Of a stretch of 64,000 nt of DNA, positions 10,910-20,373 are shown in pieces (position 1 is the first letter of the stretch; each line of letters starts with the position of its first letter). Under the pieces are notes generated by a model, which saw nothing but the letters and a program-made list of their open reading frames with translations, was not told the origin of the DNA and made no database searches. The stretch is from the NCBI GenBank assembly GCA_040389905.1, contig JAZJZK010000005.1, positions 32,001 through 96,000 on the forward strand. Direction: 5' to 3'. This DNA comes from Gemmatimonadota bacterium (GTDB taxonomy: Bacteria; Gemmatimonadota; Gemmatimonadetes; Gemmatimonadales; Gemmatimonadaceae). A program made the translations under genes and the position numbers.

Positions 10910-11163
10910 CGCGGGCAATTCCCACTGCAGAATCGGGAGTGCTTCTCGATTGATTGCGGGGGGGCAACCCTCCATACTACGCACTCGCCCGACATCCTCA
11001 ATTCAAGGTCATGGCCAACTGTACGCCCTATTGCGAAGATCAACCTGCTCCATCCGGAAACGAGCCATCGCCGAGCCACCGTGTAATGCGAAGCCCCATT
11101 TCGGAGGTGGCATGACGCCGGCCGCAGCACGGGCGTTCACCGAAAAGACTGTGCGCATCGATC

Positions 11164-12300
11164 ATGGGTGAGTTTCTCCCCTATGCGCGGCAGACGATTA
11201 CGGAGGATGACATTCAGGCGGTAGTCGACGTGCTTCGGTCCGACTGGCTGACCACGGGTCCCGCCGTCGAGGCGTTCGAACACGCCATCGCCGGCTACAC
11301 AGGCTCCACGCACGCCGTCGCGGTGTCGAGCGGAACCGCTGCGCTCCACGCCATGATGAACGCGATCGGTATCGGTCCGGGGGACGAGGTCATCGTTCCT
11401 GCCATGACCTTTGTGGCGACGGCCAATGCGGTCGTGTATTGCGGCGGCACACCGGTGTTCGCCGATGTCGATGCCGATACCCTTCTCATCGACGTCGAGT
11501 CGGTGGCCGCGTGCATCACGCCCAGGACTCGCGCGATCATCGCCGTAGACTACGCCGGCCAGCCATGTGACTACGATGCGCTCGCCGCGCTCGCCGCCGC
11601 GCACGGGATTCGGCTCCTGTCCGACGGATGTCATGCGCTCGGCGGAACGTACCGTGGGCGCCAGGTCGGCACGCTTGCGGAGCTCACGGCCTTCAGCTTT
11701 CATCCCGTGAAACACGTGACGACGGCAGAGGGCGGGATGGTTACGACCTCCGACGAGGCGCTCGCCCAGCGGATGCGGGAGTTTCGGAACCATGGAATTG
11801 CCAAGGACCACTGGCAGCGCGAGAATACGGGAACGTGGGAATACCAGATGCGCACGCTCGGGTTCAACTACCGGCTCAACGACCTGCAGTGTGCGCTCGG
11901 CGTAAGCCAGCTACGCAGTCTCCCCCGCTGGCTCGAGCGGCGACGAAGACTTGCCAGCGTGTACGATGCGGCACTTGCCGATGCGCCGCACGTGGTCCCA
12001 CTTGCACGGGCGAGTTCGCGCGAGCACGCCTATCATCTCTACGTGGTGCAGTTCGGGGACGAAGGAGGTACGGCACGCGCGGAGGCGTTCGCGCGGCTTC
12101 GCGCAGCGGAGATCCGTGCGAACGTGCACTACCTACCCGTCCACCTGCATCCATTTTACCGCGAGACGTTTGGAACACAGCCCGGCACGTGTCCGAATGC
12201 GGAACGAGCGTACGACCGGATTCTCTCGCTTCCCATGTATCCCTCGATGCGTGACGAGGATGTCGCGCGAGTGACGGACGTACTGTTGCAGCGCGGGTAG
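11164..12300 (+). CDS. pseC: UDP-4-amino-4,6-dideoxy-N-acetyl-beta-L-altrosamine transaminase
   Basis: FLPYARQTI.EDDI.AVVDVLRSDWLTTGP, FSFHPVKHVTTAEGG, W.YQM..LGFNYRL.DLQCALG, VHYLPVHLHPFY. Confidence 0.88.
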   Translation: MGEFLPYARQTITEDDIQAVVDVLRSDWLTTGPAVEAFEHAIAGYTGSTHAVAVSSGTAALHAMMNAIGIGPGDEVIVPAMTFVATANAVVYCGGTPVFADVDADTLLIDVESVAACITPRTRAIIAVDYAGQPCDYDALAALAAAHGIRLLSDGCHALGGTYRGRQVGTLAELTAFSFHPVKHVTTAEGGMVTTSDEALAQRMREFRNHGIAKDHWQRENTGTWEYQMRTLGFNYRLNDLQCALGVSQLRSLPRWLERRRRLASVYDAALADAPHVVPLARASSREHAYHLYVVQFGDEGGTARAEAFARLRAAEIRANVHYLPVHLHPFYRETFGTQPGTCPNAERAYDRILSLPMYPSMRDEDVARVTDVLLQRG

Positions 12301-12307
12301 TGGTTTG

Positions 12308-13573
12308 TCATCCCGCATGGCGCGAGACCCGGGCTTTCACTTCCGCGCCGAGGCTCAGGTACACCAGCGGTAGAAATGGGATGTAAAACACGATCGCGTC
12401 CAGGTGCAGATGATCGAGGACGTGATTGAGCGCCATGACTGGCCATACAAGTGCAGCGACCAGGGCCAGCGGCAGGCTCAGGGCAAGTGCAGATCGCAGC
12501 CCCGTGGGCTGCATGGCCGCTGCGAGACCTCCTCGTCGCGCGTGCAACCAGAACAGCCAGGCGCCAAGTAGCAGGAAGGCGCCGATCGGAACTGGTACTC
12601 CAGCGACGGGAATCCTCACCGCCGGGTGTCCGAGAAACATCCCGACGATGACCGCTCGACGGCACGTGATCCCGCAATGGGGGCGAACGAGGTCCATCAC
12701 GCGACGAAATTTCAGGCTCTCGGTCAGCGCCGCCGGCTCCGCGGGAAGGGTGTCACTGATCGACGACCGAGTCAGCGCGCGCTCGCTCACGGCGGCTTTC
12801 GCCGCCTGGAATGACCCCGTCGCCACGGTGGCGGCGGCCAAATGGACCGTGAGTGCCGCAGCGAGGGCAACGACACTCCCCCCGCCAATCATCCCGATGC
12901 GTGCCGCGGTCAGCCGGCTAAACCCACGATGCGCCAAGTCGAGCACGAGGATGGGAACTGCGGATGCAATGGCAATCGTCGGCAGGAACTCGTAGCCGCA
13001 CAGCGCGCGAGCGAACAACAGCGCGGTGTTCACGAGCAGAATGACGCGAAACCCCCGTGCATCCCAACGGTGGTCATACAGCAGCCAGACGACGACGAAG
13101 GGCAGGAGGAAGGAAAAGCTGACCCAATACACGCTCGAGGCGAAGTACGCCAACCATTTCGAGGCGCCGAGGAGGCACGTCGCCACCAGCGTGCCACTCG
13201 CTCCCAGGGGTTCATATAGCCGAGCGAGTAGCAGCGCGAGCGTCATCGAGAGCAGCAGGACCGCGCCGCCGGGTCCGTAGACGAGCACGCGGCGGCCCAG
13301 GACGCGCGCGCCTGCCCGGAAGACGCGCCCCTGAAGGCCGAATTGCGAGAGGTACATCTCTCCCTGAAAGCCGAGAAAGCCACCCGGCGAGGGTTCGTTC
13401 TTGCGGACGACGTACGTTACCAGGTCATCGGACTCGAGTTCGAACGCGCCGAACCGCTCATTCTCACCCGGCTCCGCCAGATTGAAGCCGAATGCGAGCG
13501 ACAGGAAGCAGGTCGCCAGCAGGAAGACAACCAGGACGGGTCGCAAGGACAGCCCCCGGACTGCAGCCGTCAC
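12308..13573 (-). CDS. Polytopic membrane protein, possibly a GT-C fold glycosyltransferase or glycan-modifying enzyme
   Basis: About 9-10 hydrophobic segments; acidic first external loop (FELESDDLV), YLSQFGLQG, LCGYEF, NHVLDHLH; GTGA overlap with the upstream gene. Confidence 0.55.
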   Translation of the reverse strand: MTAAVRGLSLRPVLVVFLLATCFLSLAFGFNLAEPGENERFGAFELESDDLVTYVVRKNEPSPGGFLGFQGEMYLSQFGLQGRVFRAGARVLGRRVLVYGPGGAVLLLSMTLALLLARLYEPLGASGTLVATCLLGASKWLAYFASSVYWVSFSFLLPFVVVWLLYDHRWDARGFRVILLVNTALLFARALCGYEFLPTIAIASAVPILVLDLAHRGFSRLTAARIGMIGGGSVVALAAALTVHLAAATVATGSFQAAKAAVSERALTRSSISDTLPAEPAALTESLKFRRVMDLVRPHCGITCRRAVIVGMFLGHPAVRIPVAGVPVPIGAFLLLGAWLFWLHARRGGLAAAMQPTGLRSALALSLPLALVAALVWPVMALNHVLDHLHLDAIVFYIPFLPLVYLSLGAEVKARVSRHAG

Positions 13574-15078
13574 GACGCACGCTCACCGGCTGCATAGACA
13601 CGCTGTCGAGCAATCCAACGCGGCCGAAATCTTCGCCAGACGGCGCGAGCGAATGGTGTAATCCGCAGACGTTCCGCCCATGCGGGAGAATAGACGAGTT
13701 CTGTTCCGAGGAATTTGCCGGTGTAGAGCGAGGTCGGCTCATAATACCGGTACGGGATGCCGTAGTTGGCGAGATAGTATCCGACCGGGAGACTGGCTTC
13801 AACCGGCAGCGGCAGCAGCGCGGGATCCTCCAGAAGCGCTTCCAGGTCGCCGATCGTGCGGGGCTCGTATACGCATCCAAGGTCACTGTAGTACGCGGGC
13901 TCGACGACGATGCTGGCGCGCCCTGCATACGCGGCCTCGATACCCATTGTGGAGCCCGCCGATACGACGACATCCGCGCTATCCATGAGGGCATAGGAGT
14001 CCACGGGCGACTCGCCGTGAACGACGAATACGTTCTCCGCGGAAATCCGCATGAGCCACGCGCGGTTCTCAGGCTGCACTTCGCGTGAATGGGGGTGCTC
14101 GCGAATCGTGAGCGTCACGTCTGAGCGCGCGGATGCCCATCGGACGAGGTGCTCGATGGCCGTCTGCTGGTCGATGAACAGCCCGTTCGACTCGCGTCCA
14201 ACGTACTCCATCTCGTAGTCGCTGCTCGTGAAAAACACGATGTGTCGCCGGCCCGGAGGTCGCGCAGGAAGCGCACCGGGCTCCTGGTCGTCGACAAAAA
14301 CCTTCCAGTCACGATCGTCGCGAGCGCGTTTTCGGGCGAAGAATTCGTGAGCGATCGCGTGCTCGGTGGGGCCAGCGTTCGACCAATAGCGCCTGATTTC
14401 CGACGAGATGAACGCGAGATTGTGGGGACTCTCGCGGAACAGCTCATACCGCTCTCTCGTTGCACCGGTCTCATAAATGACAAGCGGCACGTCAAATGAA
14501 CGCGCCGCCTCGGCGATGCCGAGGCAGGCGGCAAAGCGCCCGTTGTACGTGAAAATGCACGGTGGACGACGACCCGCGATCAGCACCTTCGTCATCTCGA
14601 ACGCCAGCGCCGCAATGCGCAGATACTCGTTGGTGAGAGGCCGGAATGCCGCCACGTCCGGAAGGGAATGACGGGTGGTAAACGCGAGCGACGCGGCCGC
14701 GCCCGCGCCTAGCCGCGCACTTCCATAGCGATACTCGCGCAGCGCCTGAAAAGTCGACGGGGCGTTGGCGACGAACGCCTGCACATCGCGGAGTGCGGAT
14801 TCGGAGAGTGCCGGGGGCGCGGCGATCTCGACGCCGTGCGCCCCAAGAATTGCAACGAGACGCTTGATCTTGAGTTCGCGGCGCCAGATCCCCAAGGTTT
14901 CGAGAAAAGCGAAGCGCGGTGGCTCATCGGGGTTGGGGATCGCCAGATGACAGAACGCGTTCCGCTCATGGCCATTGATGCCCGTCAACGCGACTTCGCC
15001 TGCCATCTCGAGCGCGGGCGTCCACGTAAACGCTTCAACGACGAGGGCTCGCGTCTCGCTCCGGAAATCGTTGTCCAA
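13570..15078 (-). CDS. KpsS/capsule-biosynthesis-like GT-B protein (paralog 2)
   Basis: Paralog of 15158..16597 (TWTPALE, YRYG.ARLG, TYNGRF, IREHP, GSTMGIEAAY.G). TTG start at 15078 follows AGGAGGGG; the track ORF is over-extended. Confidence 0.65.
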   Translation of the reverse strand: MDNDFRSETRALVVEAFTWTPALEMAGEVALTGINGHERNAFCHLAIPNPDEPPRFAFLETLGIWRRELKIKRLVAILGAHGVEIAAPPALSESALRDVQAFVANAPSTFQALREYRYGSARLGAGAAASLAFTTRHSLPDVAAFRPLTNEYLRIAALAFEMTKVLIAGRRPPCIFTYNGRFAACLGIAEAARSFDVPLVIYETGATRERYELFRESPHNLAFISSEIRRYWSNAGPTEHAIAHEFFARKRARDDRDWKVFVDDQEPGALPARPPGRRHIVFFTSSDYEMEYVGRESNGLFIDQQTAIEHLVRWASARSDVTLTIREHPHSREVQPENRAWLMRISAENVFVVHGESPVDSYALMDSADVVVSAGSTMGIEAAYAGRASIVVEPAYYSDLGCVYEPRTIGDLEALLEDPALLPLPVEASLPVGYYLANYGIPYRYYEPTSLYTGKFLGTELVYSPAWAERLRITPFARAVWRRFRPRWIARQRVYAAGERAS

Positions 15079-15127
15079 CCTCGGTACCCCTCCTGTGTAT
15101 GACGTCACGGCTGGCGCTACGACGATG

Positions 15128-15147
15128 CCGAAAGGTAGCCCGAGAAC
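15128..15147 (-). promoter_or_regulatory. Putative internal promoter motif GTTCTCGG(G)CTACCTTTCGG
   Basis: Near-identical to 26927-26945. Both are intergenic, lie upstream of a minus-strand gene, and contain a TACCTT -10-like hexamer. Confidence 0.4.
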
Positions 15148-15157
15148 TCGAACCGGC

Positions 15158-16597
15158 CTACGTTCGCGCTGGGCGCTGCTGCGAAATCCACGACGGACGA
15201 AGACGTCGCCACGCCAAGCGCGCGAGACTGCCGATACCCGTGCGCACAAGCCACCTCGGTGCACCACTCAGCTCCGCGCCGAGAAAACGACCGGAGTAGA
15301 GGGTCGTGGGTTCGTAGTAGCGCATGGGTGTGCCGAACGTGGCCAGCCAATGCATGGCGGGAGAACATCGTTCGCTCGGCAGTTCCGGCAGCCGCTTGTC
15401 GTCGAGCAGCGCTTCGAGCTCCGTCACCGAGTGCGGCTCATACACGCAGCCGAAGCCGCTGTAGAACGCCTCCTCCACCACAATCGACGGCCGTCCGCCA
15501 GCGGCCGCGAGCAGGCCAATGTCCGTGCCTGCCGTGACCACCACGTCCGCTTGTCGCACGAACGCGTCATCGTCGACCTGCTCTTCACTGCGGACGACCT
15601 GAGTGCCAAGCGACGCGATCGCATCGAGCCACGCGCGATCCGACGGCTGACCCGCCACGGCATCCGGGTGTTCCCGCACGATGAAATCGACGTCGGACCG
15701 CGTTGACGCCCACCGCGCGAGGTGTGCAACCGCATCTCGTTGAGTGGGGAAGATTCCGGAGTGTTCACGCCCGGTGTATTCCTGCTCGAAATCGTTCGTG
15801 GTGAAGAAGACGATGCGGCGCCTGGCGTTGTGTGGTGGGTCGGCGCGCACGGGGTCGGCGGCGACGGCGCGCCGTTCCGGGCCAGCGGCCTCCCAGTAGC
15901 GTCGAATCTCCGATTGAACGAACCGCGGGTCCTGCGGACGCTCGCGGAATAGTTCATAGCGATCCATCGTCGACCCTTGCTCGTGATACAACAAGGGGAC
16001 GCCGCACAGGCGCGCTGCCTCGGCCACGGCGCCGCCGGCCGCATAGCGCCCGTTGTAGGTAATGATTTCCACAGGCCGAAGTGCCGCGAGCAACGCCTTT
16101 GTCATCTCGAAGGTCATTGCGCCCAGACGGAAATAACTTTGCAGCAACGGGCAGAGTCTGACGAGATCGGGACTGGCGTGCTTGGCCACGTGCGTCAACG
16201 ATGCCGCGACGCTCTCTCCAAGGCGCGCGGCCCCGTAGCGGTACCCCCGGAGCTCCTCGTAGGTGGTCGGAGTCCCGCTGGCGTACGCCTCGACCCTTTG
16301 GAGTTCGCCGGCGCCGAGTGTGGGAATGCGAATGATTTCCACGCCGAATCGAGTGAGCCCCGATGTCAGTTGCCGAATCTTGTGGTCGCGGGTCCATAGG
16401 CGCGTCTTTTCGAGAAACGGAAAGCGCGGCGCGTCGTCGGGATTCGGAAGAGCGAGCACGCAGACTGCGACGCGCTGTCCTGCGACCGCGCGGGTGATCG
16501 CGATCTCGCCACCAATTTCGAGCGCGGGGGTCCATGTCACCGTCTCGACGATGAGCGTGTCAACTGGACCGAGCGCGCTGCCCGCCGTCGTGTCCAC
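15158..16597 (-). CDS. KpsS/capsule-biosynthesis-like GT-B protein (paralog 1)
   Basis: TWTPALEIGGE, TYNGRY, IVREHP, ADVVVTAGTDIGL; tandem paralog of the downstream gene. Confidence 0.65.
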   Translation of the reverse strand: MDTTAGSALGPVDTLIVETVTWTPALEIGGEIAITRAVAGQRVAVCVLALPNPDDAPRFPFLEKTRLWTRDHKIRQLTSGLTRFGVEIIRIPTLGAGELQRVEAYASGTPTTYEELRGYRYGAARLGESVAASLTHVAKHASPDLVRLCPLLQSYFRLGAMTFEMTKALLAALRPVEIITYNGRYAAGGAVAEAARLCGVPLLYHEQGSTMDRYELFRERPQDPRFVQSEIRRYWEAAGPERRAVAADPVRADPPHNARRRIVFFTTNDFEQEYTGREHSGIFPTQRDAVAHLARWASTRSDVDFIVREHPDAVAGQPSDRAWLDAIASLGTQVVRSEEQVDDDAFVRQADVVVTAGTDIGLLAAAGGRPSIVVEEAFYSGFGCVYEPHSVTELEALLDDKRLPELPSERCSPAMHWLATFGTPMRYYEPTTLYSGRFLGAELSGAPRWLVRTGIGSLARLAWRRLRPSWISQQRPART

Positions 16598-16602
16598 GAC
16601 CG

Positions 16603-18345
16603 TCAGACCGTGGATTGCAGGACTTCCGCGAGTCGCCCCGCCCGCAATTGATAGATGTGGTCGCAGCGGACCAGCGTCGACGCGCGGTGCGTCACGATGA
16701 TGATGGTCATGACGTGCCGAAGGTCGTGCACCGTCGCAACGACCTGTTCCTCCGTCTCCGTGTCGAGTGCGCTGGTCGCCTCGTCGAGCACCAGCACCGA
16801 CGGATCATGATAGAGGGCACGGGCGATTCCCACCCGCTGACGCTCGCCACCTGAGAAACGTATGCCCCGCTCGCCGAGCACCGTGTCCAGCCCTGCAGGC
16901 AACCGTGCGACGAACGCGTCGAGGCGTGCCGACCGCAGTGAGCGCCACACCGCGGTGTCGTCGATCTCCTCGTCGGGCACTCCGAAGGCGATGTTCCGGC
17001 GCAGTGAATCATCGGTGAGGTTGACGTCTTGCGGGACGTAGCCGATCTGATCCTGCCAGCCGCCAAGATCGTCGCGGATGTCTGTTCCATCGAGCATGAC
17101 GGCGCCCGCGTCCGGCGTCAGCAGGCCCAACAGTACGTCGATCAGGGTGCTCTTGCCGGCGCCGCTCGAGCCAACGATGCCAATGGATTCTCCCCGCTCC
17201 ACGCGTAACCGCACGTGGTCGAGTGCCGGGGACGTCCGGTCGGGATATGCGAAACTCACGTCGGCGAGTTCGATGCTTTCGCCAAGGCGCTTGCCGCGCC
17301 GCACGCGCGGGGCGACGGTCACTCGCAGCGTGGTGACGTCCGTGTGCAATTTGTCGATCGCTGGTAGTGCGTACGCGACCTGTTGCATGCTCACGAGAAT
17401 CCTGTTCAGCGAGGGGGTGACCCGGATCGCTACCGCGCCAAAGAGCCCCAGCGTCGGCAGGATGAGCGCCACTGGCCTGCCTTGAGAAATCATCGCGTAG
17501 GTCACGGCCGTGAGCATCACGATCGCAAGGAATTCGAGAATCAGCTTGACGCTGAGTGACACCGCTTCATGGCGGTGTGCCGCATCGGCGCGTCTGGTGT
17601 TGTGCGTCGAGAAGCGCGATACGAACTCGGCTTGCCGTCCGTGCAGGATGACTTCCTTGACGGTCTCGAGGCCCTGGCGCAGATGCATGAGCGACAACTG
17701 CGCCTGCGACTGACGTGATACGCCCCACTTTTCCGTCTGCTTGCGAGTCAGTTTGTTGAATGCCCAGGCGATGAGGAATACCAATAACACCGCGGTGATC
17801 GCGCCTGATGGCTCGACGGTGATCAGCAGGGCGACGAGCGCGAAAACGACCAGCAGTTCGGTGATCAGGACCATCCCCGCGCCAACGCCTTCGATGGTGA
17901 ACACCGTGAGCTCTTCGACGATGTTGTTGAGGAGGTGGGCGGAGTTTCGTTGGAGGTGGAACGTGTACGGTTGCGCCAGATAGAGCGCGAATATCCGTCG
18001 CGCGAGATCGGCGTCGAGGTGATGCGAGAAGCGTGTTTGTCGCCACGCCATCCAAAGCAGGAAGCCGTTCTTCACGAAATACGCCGCGGTCAGCGCGAGC
18101 ATCCCGCCCACCACGAGCGTCTCTCGCCGCGCTCCAGCTGCGGCAAACAGTGAACCAACCAGGGGTATCGTCCGTCCGGCATCGGCGTCGGTAAACAGGG
18201 CGAGCGCCGGGAGTACGAGGCTGACGCCGAAGGTTTCCAGGACCATCGCCACGAGCATCATGACGAACAGCAGCCCGAGCTCGCGCCGCTCCGATCCGTT
18301 CAGCAGCTCCCAGATCTTTCGCGCGGACGCAAAGGCGACGTTCAT
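16603..18345 (-). CDS. ABC exporter, fused permease-ATPase (PglK/MsbA-like lipid-linked glycan flippase)
   Basis: N-terminal TM domain; Walker A GSSGAGKST, IGYVPQ, signature FSGGERQR, LVLDEATSALD; sits in the glycan cluster. Confidence 0.88.
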   Translation of the reverse strand: MNVAFASARKIWELLNGSERRELGLLFVMMLVAMVLETFGVSLVLPALALFTDADAGRTIPLVGSLFAAAGARRETLVVGGMLALTAAYFVKNGFLLWMAWRQTRFSHHLDADLARRIFALYLAQPYTFHLQRNSAHLLNNIVEELTVFTIEGVGAGMVLITELLVVFALVALLITVEPSGAITAVLLVFLIAWAFNKLTRKQTEKWGVSRQSQAQLSLMHLRQGLETVKEVILHGRQAEFVSRFSTHNTRRADAAHRHEAVSLSVKLILEFLAIVMLTAVTYAMISQGRPVALILPTLGLFGAVAIRVTPSLNRILVSMQQVAYALPAIDKLHTDVTTLRVTVAPRVRRGKRLGESIELADVSFAYPDRTSPALDHVRLRVERGESIGIVGSSGAGKSTLIDVLLGLLTPDAGAVMLDGTDIRDDLGGWQDQIGYVPQDVNLTDDSLRRNIAFGVPDEEIDDTAVWRSLRSARLDAFVARLPAGLDTVLGERGIRFSGGERQRVGIARALYHDPSVLVLDEATSALDTETEEQVVATVHDLRHVMTIIIVTHRASTLVRCDHIYQLRAGRLAEVLQSTV

Positions 18346-18427
18346 GACGAGAGTCGGATGCCGAGAGAGCGAGCGTTGAACCCGGTGTTATTGTAGTCAT
18401 GTGCCGTGGGGAATCCATAGGAAACGC

Positions 18428-19225
18428 ATGCATGACTTTCGATTGCCCGTGCTCGGGTATCACTCGGTGGGACCACGCGAGCCGGGCCTGGCGCCGCATC
18501 TCGTCGTGTCAGCCCGGGAATTCGAGCAGCACCTCGATTGGCTGGTGTCGCTCGGCTATCGGACCCTGCGTCTGCAAGAGGTCATCGATGCGTTCGAGGG
18601 CCGAGGCGTTCTACCGCCCCACTCCGTACTCCTCACGTTCGACGACGGGTACCGGACGCTTGCGTCGACCGCATTTCCCGCACTCGCAGCACGCGGCATG
18701 TCCGCGACGGTATTCGTCGTCACCCAGCGAATCGGTGAGGCCAACGTCTGGGATGCCGCGCCCGGCGGGCCGACTGTTCCCTTGCTGACGCATGAAGAGA
18801 TCGCCCACTGGCACTCCCGGGGCATTCAGTTCGGTGCGCACACGCGGACGCATCCCTCCCTGCCGGCGCTCCGCGACGATTCTGTGGTGTCCGAAATCGC
18901 AGGGTCAGCGGAGGACCTGCGCGCCCTGCTGGGCGGGCCGGTGAACGCATTCGCGTATCCGTATGGTCACACCGATGCCAGGTCGGCCCGCGCCGTGGCC
19001 GATGCGTTTCCACTCGGTTTTTCGTCCTGGCACGGTATCAACCGGCGCTCGACCAAGCGGTGGATGCTCCGCAGGAGCATGGTGGAGCCTGATACCAACC
19101 GACTCATCCTGCGGTGCCATCTCTCGTTTGGTCGACTGCCATGGGAATCGCTGTTGGGGCATCTCTCCCCACGGGCACTCGTACGATATTTCGGGCTGCG
19201 GCGCCGAATGGTCCGCGACGCGTGA
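18428..19225 (+). CDS. Polysaccharide deacetylase (NodB/IcaB-like, CE4)
   Basis: PVLGYHSV, LTFDDGY, GAHTRTHP.L, FAYPYG motifs. Confidence 0.88.
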   Translation: MHDFRLPVLGYHSVGPREPGLAPHLVVSAREFEQHLDWLVSLGYRTLRLQEVIDAFEGRGVLPPHSVLLTFDDGYRTLASTAFPALAARGMSATVFVVTQRIGEANVWDAAPGGPTVPLLTHEEIAHWHSRGIQFGAHTRTHPSLPALRDDSVVSEIAGSAEDLRALLGGPVNAFAYPYGHTDARSARAVADAFPLGFSSWHGINRRSTKRWMLRRSMVEPDTNRLILRCHLSFGRLPWESLLGHLSPRALVRYFGLRRRMVRDA

Positions 19226-19312
19226 AACGCTCGGCGAGCCTTACGGATCTCACGAATCGGGGCTCAATCGCCGAGTGATTGCTGGGGTCAGCCCTCCACA
19301 CCAGGGATTCGC

Positions 19313-20371
19313 ATGAGTGCTCCGACGATTCAGATCGGCAACCGCACCATAGGAGTGGGGCACCCCGTCTACATCATTGCCGAGATGTCGGCGAACCACA
19401 ATCGGAGCTTCGACGAAGCCGTGCGTATTGTCGAGGCGGCGAAAGCGGCGGGCGCCGATGCGATCAAGCTCCAGACGTATACCGCCGATACGATAACCAT
19501 CGACTCGAATGCCCCGGAATTTCAGATCGAGGGCACGGTCTGGCATGGGCGAACGCTTCATGATCTCTATGCGGAAGCGAGCACACCGTGGGAATGGCAG
19601 CCGCGTCTCAAGGAGGTGGCCGACCATCTCGGTCTCGACCTCTTTTCCAGCCCGTTCGATTCCAGTGCCGTGGACTTTCTTGAAGCCATGGGAGTGCCGG
19701 CGTTCAAGATTGCGTCGTTCGAGAACGTGGACATTGGTTTGCTGCGGCGCGTTGCGCGCACCGGCAAGCCAGTCATCGTCTCAACGGGGATGGCGGAGCT
19801 GGCCGAGATCGACGAGGCGGTGCGTGCGCTCCGTTCGGCGTCGGTGAACGGGGTGGCGCTGCTGCACTGTGTCAGTGCGTATCCTGCACCGGCAGACGCC
19901 ATGAACCTGCGTACCATTGCCGATCTCTCGGAGCGCTTCAGTGCGCCCGCAGGACTCTCCGACCACACACTCGGCATCGCGGTGCCTGTGACCGCCACCG
20001 CACTCGGAGCGTGCATCATCGAAAAGCACCTCACGCTCTCCCGTTCCGTACCGGGGCCCGACAGCACATTCTCGCTGGAGCCGGATGAGTTCAGGGCGAT
20101 GGTCGACGGGGTGCGACAAGCGGAACAGTCGCTCGGTTCCGTGGCCTATGGCATCAATGCGGCTGACGAGGCGACCCGGAAGCTCCGCCGCTCGTTGTTC
20201 GTGGTGGAGCAGGTTCGAGCGGGAGAGACCTTTACCGAACGGAACGTGCGCTCGATCAGGCCAGCCGCTGGCCTGCACACACGGTACCTCGACAGCGTGA
20301 TTGGACAGAAAGCGGCCAGAGACATTGCTCGCGGCACGCCCCTGTCCTGGGATCTCGTCGATCGCGGGTGA
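19313..20371 (+). CDS. pseI: Pseudaminic acid synthase
   Basis: IIAEMSANHN, KLQTYTADTIT, TLHDLY.EA.TPWEWQ, KIASFE, GLSDHT, IEKH, C-terminal SAF domain (RRSL...SIRP..GL). Confidence 0.9.
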   Translation: MSAPTIQIGNRTIGVGHPVYIIAEMSANHNRSFDEAVRIVEAAKAAGADAIKLQTYTADTITIDSNAPEFQIEGTVWHGRTLHDLYAEASTPWEWQPRLKEVADHLGLDLFSSPFDSSAVDFLEAMGVPAFKIASFENVDIGLLRRVARTGKPVIVSTGMAELAEIDEAVRALRSASVNGVALLHCVSAYPAPADAMNLRTIADLSERFSAPAGLSDHTLGIAVPVTATALGACIIEKHLTLSRSVPGPDSTFSLEPDEFRAMVDGVRQAEQSLGSVAYGINAADEATRKLRRSLFVVEQVRAGETFTERNVRSIRPAAGLHTRYLDSVIGQKAARDIARGTPLSWDLVDRG

Positions 20372-20373
20372 TG

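Noticed and set aside
11108..11122. Possible sigma54 promoter TGGCATG-N4-CGGC upstream of pseC
   Set aside because: The spacing fits, but the -12 element is poor and no enhancer palindromes were seen; likely chance in GC-rich DNA.
15079..15267. Overlap of the two KpsS-like ORFs suggesting read-through or fusion
   Set aside because: Paralog alignment and an AGGAGG RBS place the second start at TTG 15078, leaving an ordinary 79-bp gap.
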